Source: an uncultured Chloroflexia bacterium
GTDB taxonomy: Bacteria > Chloroflexota > Anaerolineae > Anaerolineales > Villigracilaceae
Assembly (NCBI GenBank): GCA_963753465.1
Contig: CAVWCJ010000006.1
Span: 261,366-325,365, forward strand
Direction: 5' to 3'
DNA length: 64,000 bases
The notes under the pieces are model-generated. The model was not told the origin of the DNA, searched no databases, and saw nothing but the letters and a program-made list of their open reading frames with translations. Positions 27,982 to 38,661 of the stretch are shown here, one piece after another. Position 1 is the stretch's first letter. Each line of letters opens with the position of its first letter. A program made the translations under genes and the position numbers.

Positions 27982-29298
27982 ATGAAACAGATATGCGTCA
28001 TCGGCGTAGGCTATGTCGGCCTGGTCACTGCGGCCTGCTTTGCCGACCTGGGCAACCGTGTCATCGCCCTGGACGTGAACGAAAAACGCATCGAGGGTCT
28101 GAAGAAGGGTGTCATGCCCATCTATGAGCCGGGTCTGGAAGAGCTGGTCAGGCGCAACGTCAAGGCAGGACGGCTGACGTTCACGACTTCCTATGCAGAA
28201 GCGGTCAAGGGAACCGAGTTCGCCTTCATCGCGGTCGGCACTCCCTCCGGGGTCAACGGCGAAGCAGATCTGCAATACGTCGCTGCGGCGGCTAAATCCA
28301 TTGCCGAAAACATGACTGAGCCGCTGATCATCATCAATAAATCCACCGTGCCGGTCGGGACCGGCGACTGGGTGGCGGACATCATAAAAAAACACCAGCG
28401 CAAACCGATTCAATTCTCGGTGGTTTCCTGTCCGGAATTCCTGAGCGAGGGTTCGGCCATTGCCGACTTCATGCAACCCCACCGGAACGTGCTTGGCTCC
28501 CTCGACCGTGAGGCCGCCGAGAAGGTTGCTCAACTGCATCTGCCATTACGCGCCCCGATTGTCATCACCGACCTGCGGACCGCCGAAATGATCAAGTATG
28601 CCTCCAATGCCTTCCTGGCCACCAAGATTTCCTTCATCAACGAGATCGCCAACATCTGCGAAGCCCTCGGGGCGGATGTCAAGGAGGTCGCAGCAGGAAT
28701 GGGGTACGATGCACGCATCGGCCGCTATTTTTTAGACGCCGGCCTCGGTTGGGGCGGATCGTGTTTTCCCAAGGACGTCAAGGCGCTTGCCTTCATGGCC
28801 GAGGAGAAGCGCCTCGAGCTGAAGCTGTTGAACACGGTCATCGATGTCAATTACGATCGGCGCAAGATGGCCGTACGGGATACGGAGTCGATGGTCAACG
28901 GGCTGAAAGGGAAGACGATCGGCCTGCTCGGATTGGCCTTCAAGGGAAATACCGATGACATGCGCGATGCACCGTCGATTGACATTGCCCAGGAACTGAC
29001 TGCCTCGGGCGCATCCGTGCGCGCCTATGACCCGGTAGCCATGGAAAATGCCAGAGAGATCCTTCCCGCGGTTGAGATGTTCGACGATCCTTACGAGATG
29101 GTCAAGGGCTGCGACGCGCTGATCGTTGTCACCCCATGGAATGAATTCAAACAGCTCGACCTGGAGAAGGTCAAGCAACTGCTAAAAAAGCCTGTCATCT
29201 ATGACGGTCGCAACATCTATAACCCGGCTGAGATGCGCGCCCTGGGCTTCACCTATCGCGGCGTCGGCCGCGGTTATCCGGCGGACACCGACCATTGA
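27982..29298 (+). CDS. ugd: UDP-glucose 6-dehydrogenase
   Basis: The N-terminus [21 protein letters not shown], the motif GGSCFPKD with the catalytic Cys, and a length of 438 aa. Confidence 0.95.
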   Translation: MKQICVIGVGYVGLVTAACFADLGNRVIALDVNEKRIEGLKKGVMPIYEPGLEELVRRNVKAGRLTFTTSYAEAVKGTEFAFIAVGTPSGVNGEADLQYVAAAAKSIAENMTEPLIIINKSTVPVGTGDWVADIIKKHQRKPIQFSVVSCPEFLSEGSAIADFMQPHRNVLGSLDREAAEKVAQLHLPLRAPIVITDLRTAEMIKYASNAFLATKISFINEIANICEALGADVKEVAAGMGYDARIGRYFLDAGLGWGGSCFPKDVKALAFMAEEKRLELKLLNTVIDVNYDRRKMAVRDTESMVNGLKGKTIGLLGLAFKGNTDDMRDAPSIDIAQELTASGASVRAYDPVAMENAREILPAVEMFDDPYEMVKGCDALIVVTPWNEFKQLDLEKVKQLLKKPVIYDGRNIYNPAEMRALGFTYRGVGRGYPADTDH

Positions 29299-30188
29299 TG
29301 GACGATCGACCCCCCATCTGCGATTACGAGGGCTCGCCATACCAGAACTCGTTTTGGGGACGCGGCACCCGGCAATATGAGGACCGCAGCGAAGCCATCG
29401 CCCTGAAGCGGCTGCTGCCGAAGAGCGGCAGCTTGCTGCTGGAACTGGGTGCCGGTGCGGGGCGGAATACCCTGCGCTACAACGGCTTCGAGCGCGTCGT
29501 TCTGCTCGATTATTCGCGGACACAGCTCCAGCAGGCCCAGGAACATCTGGGCTGCTCTGAGCGCTACGTCTACGTGGCAGCCGACATTTACTGCATGCCC
29601 TTCGTGGACGGTCTGTTCGATACCGCCACCATGATCCGCACGCTGCACCATATGGCGGACGCGCCGAAGGCTCTGCGCCAGGTGCGCTCTGCCCTGAAGC
29701 CAGGAGCGGTTCTCATTCTGGAATATGCCAACAAGCGCAACCTGAAGGCCATGGTCCGCTACCTCCTGCGCCGCCAGGCATGGAGCCCGTTCACCCCGGA
29801 GCCGGTCGAGTTTGCGGAACTTAACTTCGATTTTCATCCAAAAGCCGTACGCGGCTGGCTCAGGGAGTTGGGTTTCCACATCGATCGGACGCTGGCCGTA
29901 TCGTACTTCCGTATCGAGGCGCTGAAGAGACTGGTTCCAACCGGCATCCTGGTCGGCCTAGACTCGCTCCTCCAGTGGACGGGAGGACTGGCGCAGTTCT
30001 CGCCGAGTGTCTTCCTGGGTCTTCGGGCGGTCGGAGAGACGCCACAAGCTGCGCCAGGGTCATTCTTCAAATGCCCCGAGTGCGGGCATGCCCCACTCAC
30101 AGATGGAAAAGACGCTCTGGCCTGCCCGGCCTGCAAGAAGCGCTGGGGGATCCAGGATGGGATTTACAACTTCAAGGAACCCCTATAA
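29298..30188 (+). CDS. class I SAM-dependent methyltransferase with C-terminal Trm112-like zinc ribbon
   Basis: The LLELGAGAGRN motif I, and the C-terminal CPECGH...CPACKKRWGIQDGIYNF. The start overlaps the ugd stop (TGATG). Confidence 0.85.
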   Translation: MDDRPPICDYEGSPYQNSFWGRGTRQYEDRSEAIALKRLLPKSGSLLLELGAGAGRNTLRYNGFERVVLLDYSRTQLQQAQEHLGCSERYVYVAADIYCMPFVDGLFDTATMIRTLHHMADAPKALRQVRSALKPGAVLILEYANKRNLKAMVRYLLRRQAWSPFTPEPVEFAELNFDFHPKAVRGWLRELGFHIDRTLAVSYFRIEALKRLVPTGILVGLDSLLQWTGGLAQFSPSVFLGLRAVGETPQAAPGSFFKCPECGHAPLTDGKDALACPACKKRWGIQDGIYNFKEPL

Positions 30189-30222
30189 CTTAGGGGGTCT
30201 TCCGCGAAGCAGTGCGTCCCGG

Positions 30223-30759
30223 CTATTCCCACTCCCGCCATTCCCCGGGTTTCAACCTGCCCAGCTTCCACGTTCCAACCGAGACGCGCACCAGGCGCAG
30301 CGTCGGGAACCCGACCGCGGCAGTCATACGCCGCACCTGGCGCTTGCGCCCTTCGAAAATGGCCAGCTCCAGCCAGCTGGTCGGGATCTCCTTACGAAAG
30401 CGGATCGGAGGGTTGCGCGGCCAGAGGGCAGGCTCGTCCATGCGGCGGACCTGCGCTGGCAAGGTGGGGCCATCCTTCAGCACGACCCCCCCGGCCAGGA
30501 TCGACACGGCTGCTTCATCCGGTTCACCTTCCACCTGAACCCAGTACACCTTGGGGAGCTTGTTATGAGGGTCGGTAACCGAATACTGCAGCGGTCCAGA
30601 ATCCGTCAGGATCACCAGCCCTTCCGAGTCATAGTCCAACCGCCCGGCAGGATATACCTCCTTGAAGGGGATGTAATCCGCCAGCGTGGGCCGGCCTTCA
30701 GGGTCGGTGAACTGGCTGAGGACCAGGTAGGGTTTGTTGAACAGGATTAACCGGGCCAT
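30223..30759 (-). CDS. rluE: rRNA pseudouridine synthase, RluE-like
   Basis: [24 protein letters not shown]...[11 protein letters not shown]...[16 protein letters not shown]...[19 protein letters not shown] closely matches the RluE pattern. Confidence 0.88.
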   Translation of the reverse strand: MARLILFNKPYLVLSQFTDPEGRPTLADYIPFKEVYPAGRLDYDSEGLVILTDSGPLQYSVTDPHNKLPKVYWVQVEGEPDEAAVSILAGGVVLKDGPTLPAQVRRMDEPALWPRNPPIRFRKEIPTSWLELAIFEGRKRQVRRMTAAVGFPTLRLVRVSVGTWKLGRLKPGEWREWE

Positions 30760-30962
30760 ATTGAAGACAGCTCCTAACGGTCAAACAAGGCGCCAAACCC
30801 TGAAAGAAGCGAAACTAGGCGGATGCGTTCGGATATCGATCGAACTCGCGCACCGCCTGCGCTCCCATTATGCTGCGGGAGGGGAAATCTCCCTTGTCTC
30901 CGAGGATCCTAAAAATATACTGCAGCCACTTTGAGAATGCCATTGCGTTGGGAAACTCGTCT

Positions 30963-31703
30963 CTATGGGCAGCATTTCTCAACCACCCAAAAATGGGATA
31001 ATCCTAACGCCTTCAGGGGTGTTCGTTCAAGGGTTTGCAGGATCGACCGTAAAACTTTCCCTGCCGGCCCAAAACGGACGATCAAATTATCGTAAGCGCC
31101 GAAAATGATCGTCCGCTGGATGAATTTCACAGGCAGGCCGGCGAAGAGTTTTTCCAGATCGCGGCGCGTGTAGATGCGCACATGTGGGGCGAGGCGGTCC
31201 CGCCAACGACGGGGCAGGTAGTTGACCAGCGGGATATTGCCGAAACGATATTTCCCCCGCCAGTAGATCCCATGGGTTTCAAACGGGTACCCCCGATTGG
31301 GCACGAATAGGACCAGCCGCCCCCCCTCTTTCAAAGCACGCATGGTTTCCTCGACTGCCAGGCGATCATCACGCACGTGCTCCAGAACTTCGTGGCTGAG
31401 CACCAAATCAAAATTCTCGGCCGGGAACGGCAAGCCCTCACCTTCCGCACAGACGGTGAGCTCCGAACGCTGCCGTGCTTCGCGGGCGCGGGCAAAATCG
31501 AACTCCAGCCCGAACACCCGTCCCCCGAAGGGCTGCAGATGCTCTACGTACATTCCGATCCCACAGCCATTCTCCAGGATGCGGCCCCCCAGGCGTTCAC
31601 CCGCGGCCTCCCGGATCATCGCCAGGCGTCGGACCTGTCCCGCCCGCCATATATAGGAAGGTGCTCCACGCAGGGCAGTTTTTTCGAGTTCATCTTGCTG
31701 CAT
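30963..31703 (-). CDS. class I SAM-dependent methyltransferase
   Basis: The ILENGCGIGMY motif I and the Methyltransf_11-like region LVLSHEVLEHV. Confidence 0.85.
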   Translation of the reverse strand: MQQDELEKTALRGAPSYIWRAGQVRRLAMIREAAGERLGGRILENGCGIGMYVEHLQPFGGRVFGLEFDFARAREARQRSELTVCAEGEGLPFPAENFDLVLSHEVLEHVRDDRLAVEETMRALKEGGRLVLFVPNRGYPFETHGIYWRGKYRFGNIPLVNYLPRRWRDRLAPHVRIYTRRDLEKLFAGLPVKFIQRTIIFGAYDNLIVRFGPAGKVLRSILQTLERTPLKALGLSHFWVVEKCCP

Positions 31704-31897
31704 GCGGGATATTATACCTTGGCGTCTTTGACGATCGGTATACTGTGACTTTGAAGGTTTGGAAGGTTAATCAACATTGAACAAACCGCGATAATAGCTT
31801 CGGATGTCGACGCGACTTTTAGGACAAAATTTCATCTATAGCATAATTATTTTATGAATCCTCAATTAGAAAAGGGAAGCATCGAGAACGAGTGACC

Positions 31898-31926
31898 TTG
31901 CAGTGCAGCGCTTTCTGTGCTAGAAT
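31898..31926 (+). promoter_or_regulatory. candidate sigma70-type promoter of the nusA operon
   Basis: TTGCAG (31898-31903), a 17-nt spacer, then TAGAAT (31921-31926) with an upstream TG (extended -10). It lies about 100 nt upstream of the nusA ATG. Confidence 0.45.
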
Positions 31927-31960
31927 TTGTCCTGTTCGTCGAGCCAATACTGCATTCACC

Positions 31961-31985
31961 GAAAAGTGGGCAACCCCCACTTTTC
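31961..31985 (+). promoter_or_regulatory. leader hairpin with U-rich 3-prime arm in the nusA 5-prime UTR
   Basis: GAAAAGTGGG-CAACC-CCCACTTTTC, a perfect 10-bp stem, followed by TGCATG. It lies between the candidate promoter and the nusA start at 32028. Confidence 0.4.
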
Positions 31986-32027
31986 TGCATGTAATAGGAA
32001 ACTTATCTGGGGAGCAGGTTAAAGAAT

Positions 32028-33914
32028 ATGAAGAACGAATTTGCCCTTGCGTTCAATGAAGTGCTGGAAGAAAAACAACTGCCCAAGGAGATCATCCTGT
32101 CGGCCATTGAGTCGGCCATGGTTTCGGCCTACCGGCGGGCGGTCAATGCTTCCAATGCGCAGCACATCGAAGCCAGGATCGACCCGGACACCGGCAAAGT
32201 GACTATCTTTGCCGAGAAGGAAGTGGTGGAGGACGTACAGGACGAGCGCACCGAGGTCCTGCTCGAAAGTGCCCGTCAGGTAAATCCCGAAGCAGTCCTG
32301 GGCGATATGGCCGTCGTCGAATCCACGCCCAAGGATTTCGGCCGTGTCGCCGCACAGACGGCCCGCCAGGTGATCCAGCAGCGCATCCGCGAAGCTGAAC
32401 GCCAGATGCAGTCTGACTACTACGAGAAGCAGATCGGTGAGATCGTCAGCGGCGTGGTGCAGGCCGTCAGCACCACCCAGGGCGTTACCGTTGGCATGGA
32501 CATGAAGGCCGAAGGGATCATGCCTCCGAACCAGAAGATCCCCGGCGAGAAATTTAAGGTCCACGAACGGGCGCGGGCCATCATCCTGGAAGTCAAGGAC
32601 AGCCCGCGCGGCCCGCAGATCGTCCTCTCCAGGGCACACCGCAACTTCCTGCGCCGCCTGCTGGAGAACGAAGTCCCCGAGATCTATCACGGCATCGTCG
32701 AAATCCGGGCCATTGCCCGTGAGCCGGGACAGCGCGCCAAGGTAGCCGTCTCCGCCACCCAGCCCAACGTGGATCCGGTCGGGGCGTGCGTCGGCATCAA
32801 AGGCGTGCGCATCCAGGCCATTGTCAAGGAGCTGCACGACGAGAAAATTGACATCATCGAGTGGAATCCCGACCCGGTGATGTACATCTCCAAGGCGATC
32901 AGCCCGGCCAAGGTGACCGGTGTTTATCTCAACGAGACCGATCACACCGCCACCGTCGTCGTCCAGGAGGACCAGCTCAGTCTGGCCATCGGCCGTGATG
33001 GGCAGAATGCCCGCCTGGCTGCCAAGCTGACCGGCTGGCGCATCGATATCAAGTCTCTGTCTGAAGCTGCTTCCGACTCGATTGCCAAGCTGCAGAGCGA
33101 TCCATCGCTCTCCGCCCTGGCAGAAATCGAACAGCCGCACATTCCGGCCATCCATGACATCCTGATCAAAAAGGAGGAAGGCCGGCCGCTTACTCCGGAA
33201 GAGTACCTGAGCCTGATCCAGTTCGTCGATCGCATCGAGCGGCGCACGGTGGAGCAGAAAAAAGCCGAAGCCGCCGCCGAAGAAGAGCGCGTTGCTACGG
33301 CCCGCGCTGGAATCCCGGCTGCGGCCTTCGACATGTCAATCGAGACCCTGGGCCTTCCGGAGCACATCTACACCATCCTGACCGAGGCCGAGCACCGCAC
33401 CGTCGGCGACATGATGATGGCCATGAAGCTCAATCCCGACAGCGTCCTGGGACTGGCCGGCATCGGCCCCAAATCGATGCAGGCTATCGAAGCTGCCCTG
33501 GCAAATGTCGTCTTCCCGGAACCTGCTCCCGAGCCCGTTCCTGAAATTCTCCCCGTTGAAACCGCCAGCCAGGTCCCAGCCGAAGCTGCCGCGGAGGCGG
33601 CACCCGTCGAAGCGACAGCCGAAGCGGTCCCCTCGACAGCAGAAGCAGTCGCAGAGCCACAGGCGGCTGAAGCAGGTGGCGCGGAAGCCGTCAGCGAGCA
33701 GAAACCGCTCGAAGAGATCTTTACCCTGAAGCCGGAAATGCTCCAGCCGGCCATTGCTGCGCCGGAGGATGAAGAAGACGAGCAGGGCAAGAAAAAGAAA
33801 AAGAAAAAGAAAGTCGTCGAGATCGTCTTCGATGAAGATCTCGATAAGACCATCGTTAAAAAGAAACACAAGCGCGGCGACGATACTGTCCTGGATGACA
33901 TGACAGAGGAATAG
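32028..33914 (+). CDS. nusA: transcription termination/antitermination factor NusA with a long acidic/Ala-rich C-terminal extension
   Basis: The N-terminal NusA domain ([31 protein letters not shown]), an S1 domain, two KH domains ([18 protein letters not shown]; [22 protein letters not shown]), then ~280 extra residues including K8. Confidence 0.95.
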   Translation: MKNEFALAFNEVLEEKQLPKEIILSAIESAMVSAYRRAVNASNAQHIEARIDPDTGKVTIFAEKEVVEDVQDERTEVLLESARQVNPEAVLGDMAVVESTPKDFGRVAAQTARQVIQQRIREAERQMQSDYYEKQIGEIVSGVVQAVSTTQGVTVGMDMKAEGIMPPNQKIPGEKFKVHERARAIILEVKDSPRGPQIVLSRAHRNFLRRLLENEVPEIYHGIVEIRAIAREPGQRAKVAVSATQPNVDPVGACVGIKGVRIQAIVKELHDEKIDIIEWNPDPVMYISKAISPAKVTGVYLNETDHTATVVVQEDQLSLAIGRDGQNARLAAKLTGWRIDIKSLSEAASDSIAKLQSDPSLSALAEIEQPHIPAIHDILIKKEEGRPLTPEEYLSLIQFVDRIERRTVEQKKAEAAAEEERVATARAGIPAAAFDMSIETLGLPEHIYTILTEAEHRTVGDMMMAMKLNPDSVLGLAGIGPKSMQAIEAALANVVFPEPAPEPVPEILPVETASQVPAEAAAEAAPVEATAEAVPSTAEAVAEPQAAEAGGAEAVSEQKPLEEIFTLKPEMLQPAIAAPEDEEDEQGKKKKKKKKVVEIVFDEDLDKTIVKKKHKRGDDTVLDDMTEE

Positions 33915-33964
33915 GCACTGAGCTGTCCTCTGCCCTGCCTGTCCAGGTAGTCCGCCCTGACGGA

Positions 33965-34303
33965 TTGAAAAAAAAGGTGTCTGGCAAACCTGCAAAACGA
34001 ACCAAGCACATTCCCCAGCGTACCTGCGTGGGCTGTCATACAGTACTGCCCAAGCGGTCGCTGATCCGCCTGGTGCGCCGGCCGGAGGGCGTGCAAATCG
34101 ACCCGACCGGCAAACTGGCCGGACGGGGTGCTTACCTGCACAACTCTCGCTCTTGCTGGGAGAAAGGCCTGAAGGGGCCGCTTCCCCACGCGTTGAAAGT
34201 CGACCTGACGCAGGAGGACGTGAACCGGCTGCGCCAGTTCATGCAAACGCTGGAGGAAGAACCCGGCAAAGGGAGCAAAGGCGAGCAAGGCCTTATGAGC
34301 TAA
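33965..34303 (+). CDS. ylxR: YlxR/DUF448 family RNA-binding protein
   Basis: Contains [21 protein letters not shown]...GRGAYLH and sits in the canonical position after nusA. The start is uncertain (TTG 33965 or in-frame GTG 33977). Confidence 0.85.
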   Translation: MKKKVSGKPAKRTKHIPQRTCVGCHTVLPKRSLIRLVRRPEGVQIDPTGKLAGRGAYLHNSRSCWEKGLKGPLPHALKVDLTQEDVNRLRQFMQTLEEEPGKGSKGEQGLMS

Positions 34304-34407
34304 GAAACGCCCAAGGCTCAGGCGTCGCCCCAAGGGTCCAGACCCCGCAGCGCTCCTCATGAGGAGCGAACCTTGAACCACAGGACCATAGACGAAGGAG
34401 GTGCCGA

Positions 34408-36195
34408 ATGAGCGATAATGGGCACAAGAAAATAGAAATTCCCGCCTCGATCACCGTGCGTGATCTGGCGCAGAAAATCGAATCCAGTCCGATCCAGATC
34501 ATCAAAAACCTGATGAAGAACGGCGTGATGGCCAACATCAACCAGATGGTCGATTTTGATACCGCGGCGATCATCGCTTCAGAAATGGGTTTCGAGGCCA
34601 GCCTCGAGAGCCAGCAGGCCGTCGAGGTGAAGGAAACCGGCCAGGTGCCCATGTGGCGCCAGATCATCGCAGGTGAGGAAGAAGCCGTCCTGACCCCGCG
34701 TCCACCGGTCGTGACCATCCTCGGCCACGTCGACCACGGCAAGACCACACTGCTCGATTCCATCCGGGATGCCCACGTCGCCGCGGGGGAAGCTGGCGGC
34801 ATCACCCAGCACATCGGGGCCTACCAGGTAGAGCACAATGGGCGCTCGATCACATTCCTGGATACACCCGGTCATGCGGCTTTTACAGCCATGCGCGCCC
34901 GGGGTGCCCAGGGTGCCGATATTGTCGTCCTGGTGGTCGCGGCTGACGACGGCGTCATGCCGCAAACCAAGGAAGCTATCGCACACGCCAAGGCCGCCCG
35001 CGTGCCGATCATCGTGGCATTGAACAAGATCGACAAGCCCAACGCCAACCCCGACAACGTCAAGAAACAGCTGGGCGACAACGATCTTGTCCCCGATGAG
35101 TGGGGCGGCAACACCATCATCGTCCCCGTCTCGGCCAAACAGAAGATGGGCATTGAAGACCTGCTGGAAGCCATCCTGCTGGTCGCTGATAACACCGACA
35201 TCCGTGCCAACCAGAAAGGCAAGGTCATCGGCACGGTCATCGAGGCCGAACTTGATAAAACCAAGGGACCGGTTGCCACACTCCTAGTCCAGAACGGAAC
35301 CCTCGAATCCGGGGATATCGTGGTGGCAGGAAATGCCTACGGACGCCTGCGCGCCCTTTTCGACTTCCGCGGGCACAAGGTCCAGAAAGCAGGACCGTCC
35401 TTTCCGGTCTCAGTGATGGGTCTTAACGAGCTGCCCTCCGCCGGTGACCTGTTCCGGGTTGCCGCCTCGGAAAAGGAAGCCCGCCAGATCATCCTCGAGA
35501 ACCAGGAAGCCGCCAAGTCGCAGGCGACCGCCAAGAAGAAAATGTCGCTGGAAGAGCTCTTTGCCAAGGTCAAATCCGGCGAGGCCAAGGAGCTCAACCT
35601 GCTGCTTAAGGCCGATGTACAGGGCTCACTGGAACCGATCGTCAATGAGATTAACAATCTGGGCAAGGGTGAGATATCCATCAATATCCTGTATGCCGAG
35701 ACCGGGAACATCAGCGAAAACGATGTCAACCTGGCGTCAGCTTCACAAGCCATCATCGTTGGTTTTAACGTCCAGGCTGATGTATCCGCCCGCCGCCTGG
35801 CAGATGCAGAAGGTGTCTCGATCCGCCTGTATGACATCATCTACCGGTTGATCGAAGATGTGGAAAAAGCTCTCAAAGGCATGCTCAGGCCGGAGTTTAC
35901 CGAGAAAGTGATCGGCAAGGCGACCGTGCTGGCCGTGTTCAACCTCTCCAAAGGCGGGAAGATTGCCGGCTGCCGGGTAACAGAAGGCGAAGTCCGCCGG
36001 AATGGAAAGCTTCGTATCTACCGCGGTAAGGACATCGTCTACGAAGGCGAAAGCAGTTCGCTCAAGCACGAGAAAGAAGATGTGCGTGAGATGCGCCAGG
36101 GTTTCGAGTGCGGCATCGGGCTGAAAAATTTCAATGATGTCCAAATTGGTGACTTTATCGAGTGTTACGTGTTAGAAAAGACAGCTGTAGATTGA
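34408..36195 (+). CDS. infB: translation initiation factor IF-2
   Basis: G-domain motifs [17 protein letters not shown] and NKID, with a conserved C-terminal region. 595 aa. Confidence 0.97.
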   Translation: MSDNGHKKIEIPASITVRDLAQKIESSPIQIIKNLMKNGVMANINQMVDFDTAAIIASEMGFEASLESQQAVEVKETGQVPMWRQIIAGEEEAVLTPRPPVVTILGHVDHGKTTLLDSIRDAHVAAGEAGGITQHIGAYQVEHNGRSITFLDTPGHAAFTAMRARGAQGADIVVLVVAADDGVMPQTKEAIAHAKAARVPIIVALNKIDKPNANPDNVKKQLGDNDLVPDEWGGNTIIVPVSAKQKMGIEDLLEAILLVADNTDIRANQKGKVIGTVIEAELDKTKGPVATLLVQNGTLESGDIVVAGNAYGRLRALFDFRGHKVQKAGPSFPVSVMGLNELPSAGDLFRVAASEKEARQIILENQEAAKSQATAKKKMSLEELFAKVKSGEAKELNLLLKADVQGSLEPIVNEINNLGKGEISINILYAETGNISENDVNLASASQAIIVGFNVQADVSARRLADAEGVSIRLYDIIYRLIEDVEKALKGMLRPEFTEKVIGKATVLAVFNLSKGGKIAGCRVTEGEVRRNGKLRIYRGKDIVYEGESSSLKHEKEDVREMRQGFECGIGLKNFNDVQIGDFIECYVLEKTAVD

Positions 36196-36332
36196 TTTAC
36201 GATTGACGATTTTTGATTTACAATTATTTCGAACGCACATCCTCTTTGAAAGAAGAAGCAGGAAATGGGGGAAGAGGAGACAAAAGGCGGTCGTCAATCA
36301 GCTTTCATAAATCAGGGTAAGTAAACAGCATT

Positions 36333-36701
36333 ATGCCATCCAAAGTACGCCTCCAGCGCATAGCGGACCGTATCCGCCAGGACCTCTCGGAGATGCTTAT
36401 CCGGGAGATCAGTGACCCGCGCCTGCGGCATATTTTCATCACGGATGCCAAGGTCGACCGGGAGCTGACCTACGCGGATATTTACGTCTCCGCCGTGGAA
36501 GGGACGGCCCGCAGCTCTGAAATTCTCACCGGGTTGGATCATGCCAGCGGTTACCTGCGCCACGAACTGGCCGCCCGCATCGAATTGAGATCCTTCCCGC
36601 GCCTGCGCTTCCACTGGGATCCCACCCCCGAAAACGCAGACCATATCGAACGGCTGCTGGCCGATTTGCGGAAGAATGAGCGACCTACAGGCAGCGATTA
36701 A
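36333..36701 (+). CDS. rbfA: ribosome-binding factor A
   Basis: RIADRIRQDLSEMLIREISDPRL...VSAV...LRHELA.RIELR..P.L.F. 122 aa. Confidence 0.92.
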   Translation: MPSKVRLQRIADRIRQDLSEMLIREISDPRLRHIFITDAKVDRELTYADIYVSAVEGTARSSEILTGLDHASGYLRHELAARIELRSFPRLRFHWDPTPENADHIERLLADLRKNERPTGSD

Positions 36702-37635
36702 AGAAGGCATTCGGGCCGCGGGGCGCGTCCTGATCGTCTCCCATGTCCGCCCGGACGGGGATGCCATCGGCTCACTCCTGGCCCTGGGATTGGCCTTGCA
36801 AGACACCGGCAAAGAGGTCCAAATGGTACTCTCCGACGGTGTCCCGGCCGGTTTTCGCCATCTGCCCGGGAGTGAGCAGGTCCGCTCTAAAGCGGACGGC
36901 GAGTTCGACCTGATCGTCATTGTGGACTGCTCGGATCTGAAGCGGGCCGGGAATGCCCTGGAAGGCTACCGGAAGCCGGATATCGTGATTGACCACCACA
37001 TTACCACCGAGCCTTTCGGCACCTTGAACCTGGTCGAACCCGATGCAGTAGCAACCGCCTCGATATTAACCCGGCATATGCCCACCTGGGGTTTGAAGCT
37101 GACCCCACCGATTGCAGCCAATCTCATCACCGGCATTGTGACGGACACACTTGGATTCCGCACTTCGAACATGACACCTGATGTACTGCGCCAGGCTGCC
37201 GACCTGCTGGAACTCGGGGTAGACATGAGCACCCTTTACTTTCGCAGCCTAGTGCGGCGCACTTTTCCAGCAGCCAAGTACTGGGGGGCCGGTCTTGCCA
37301 GCCTGCAGCGTTCCAACGGACTCATCTGGGCGACCCTGACCCTGGCTGACCGTAAAGCCAGCGGTTACACCGGAAACGATGACGCCGATCTCATCAATGT
37401 CGTCTCGGCGATCGAGGATGCCAAGGCAGTGGTCTTGTTCGTCGAGCAGGGTCACGATAAAGTCAAAGTTTCCTGGCGGAGCCTGAACCCGGACGTGGAT
37501 GTCGCCCAGGTTGCCCTCCAGTTCAACGGCGGCGGCCATAAGGCGGCCTCGGGTGCGGAAATAGATGGCACCCTGGCCGAAGTTCAGGAAGAAGTCCTGG
37601 CAGCCACCGAGAATAGTTTGAACCGATCCCGGTAA
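36676..37635 (+). CDS. nrnA: DHH-family phosphoesterase (NrnA-type oligoribonuclease/pAp phosphatase)
   Basis: SHVRPDGDAIGS, DHH (IDHHIT) and the DHHA1 motif GGGHKAASG. It overlaps rbfA by 26 nt. Confidence 0.85.
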   Translation: MSDLQAAIKEGIRAAGRVLIVSHVRPDGDAIGSLLALGLALQDTGKEVQMVLSDGVPAGFRHLPGSEQVRSKADGEFDLIVIVDCSDLKRAGNALEGYRKPDIVIDHHITTEPFGTLNLVEPDAVATASILTRHMPTWGLKLTPPIAANLITGIVTDTLGFRTSNMTPDVLRQAADLLELGVDMSTLYFRSLVRRTFPAAKYWGAGLASLQRSNGLIWATLTLADRKASGYTGNDDADLINVVSAIEDAKAVVLFVEQGHDKVKVSWRSLNPDVDVAQVALQFNGGGHKAASGAEIDGTLAEVQEEVLAATENSLNRSR

Positions 37636-37682
37636 ACCGACATCACAGCAACCGGGTTCTCATTGCATGGAGGATTTACAGA

Positions 37683-38594
37683 ATGGAAAGCCAAGATATC
37701 AAGAACGCAATTTCCGGGATATTAGTGGTAGACAAACCAGTTGGCATGACCTCGCACGACGTCGTTGAGGTCATCCGCCGCGGAACCGGTATTCGCCGGG
37801 CAGGGCATACCGGCACGCTCGACCCGCGCGCCTCGGGCGTGCTGGTCATCCTGATCGGGCCGGCAGTCAGGCTGAGCGAGTTCGTTTCTGCCTCCGACAA
37901 GCGCTACCAGGCCATCCTGCGCCTGGGCAGCACGACCGACACGTACGATGCCGACGGCCGCTTTACGCGCCAATCCACCACACCGGTGGAAGTGACTGAG
38001 GCCCAATTCGAGGAAGTGCTCACACGCTTTATCGGCGAGATCGAGCAGACCCCGCCACCCTACTCAGCCGTCAAGGTGCATGGGCGCAAGGCTTACGAAA
38101 TGGCCCGCGAGGGGGAAGAAGTGAGCCTGGCGCCGCGCAAGATTCAGGTCCACCATCTGGAAGTGCTCGAATGGGCCCCACCGGAGGTGGTCATCGATGT
38201 GCATTGTTCCTCCGGCACATACGTCCGCTCCCTGGCAAACGATGTGGGCAACGCCCTGGGTTGTGGTGCTTACCTGGTCGGCTTGCGCCGCACCAAGTCC
38301 GGCCGATTCAGCCTACGGGATGCCGTCCCTTTGCGTAAGCTGCAGGAGGCCTTTACCGCCGGGAACTGGTACCAGTTTTTAATCCCGGCCGCAGAAGCAT
38401 TGGCTGACTGGCCTGCCGTGGAGCTCAACCCGGATCAGGTCGAGGAAGTCAAACATGGCCATCGGATCAAGGCTGTCGAGGGGACCAAGCCTGAACTGGT
38501 GCGGGGCGTCAGCATGGCCGGTGAGTTAATCGCCATTATGGGACTGGACGAAGCCACGAACGAGTGGCAGCCGAAGAAAGTCTTCTTCTCATAA
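37683..38594 (+). CDS. truB: tRNA pseudouridine(55) synthase
   Basis: GILVVDKPVGMTSHDVV...GHTGTLDPRASGVL is the TruB catalytic Asp motif. Confidence 0.95.
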   Translation: MESQDIKNAISGILVVDKPVGMTSHDVVEVIRRGTGIRRAGHTGTLDPRASGVLVILIGPAVRLSEFVSASDKRYQAILRLGSTTDTYDADGRFTRQSTTPVEVTEAQFEEVLTRFIGEIEQTPPPYSAVKVHGRKAYEMAREGEEVSLAPRKIQVHHLEVLEWAPPEVVIDVHCSSGTYVRSLANDVGNALGCGAYLVGLRRTKSGRFSLRDAVPLRKLQEAFTAGNWYQFLIPAAEALADWPAVELNPDQVEEVKHGHRIKAVEGTKPELVRGVSMAGELIAIMGLDEATNEWQPKKVFFS

Positions 38595-38661
38595 TCCGCC
38601 CCAGGTGAACACAAATCTACGCGGGTTTTTCCCCTGAGTCTGTGTTCATCCAAAACTATCT

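Noticed and set aside
27742-28539. 265-aa ORF antisense to ugd
   Set aside because: The sense strand encodes a textbook UDP-glucose dehydrogenase. The antisense ORF has no recognisable features.
32019-33155. 378-aa ORF antisense to nusA
   Set aside because: It lies entirely opposite an unmistakable NusA coding frame. Its D/G/R/L-rich low-complexity translation is typical of antisense frames in high-GC genes. It has no RBS or family signal.
33368-34381. 337-aa ORF antisense to the nusA 3-prime end and ylxR
   Set aside because: It is an antisense artefact of GC-rich coding DNA. The translation is Ser/Ala/Arg-rich with poly-F encoded opposite the K8 tract.
36194-36228. Heptad-spaced GATT repeats (GATTTAC GATTGAC GATTTTT GATTTAC) after infB, considered as an internal promoter or protein-binding array for rbfA
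   Set aside because: The TTGACG and TACAAT hexamers are only 10 nt apart, and other combinations give 21 nt, so no canonical promoter geometry exists. It could simply be AT-rich spacer, and I have no way to test binding.
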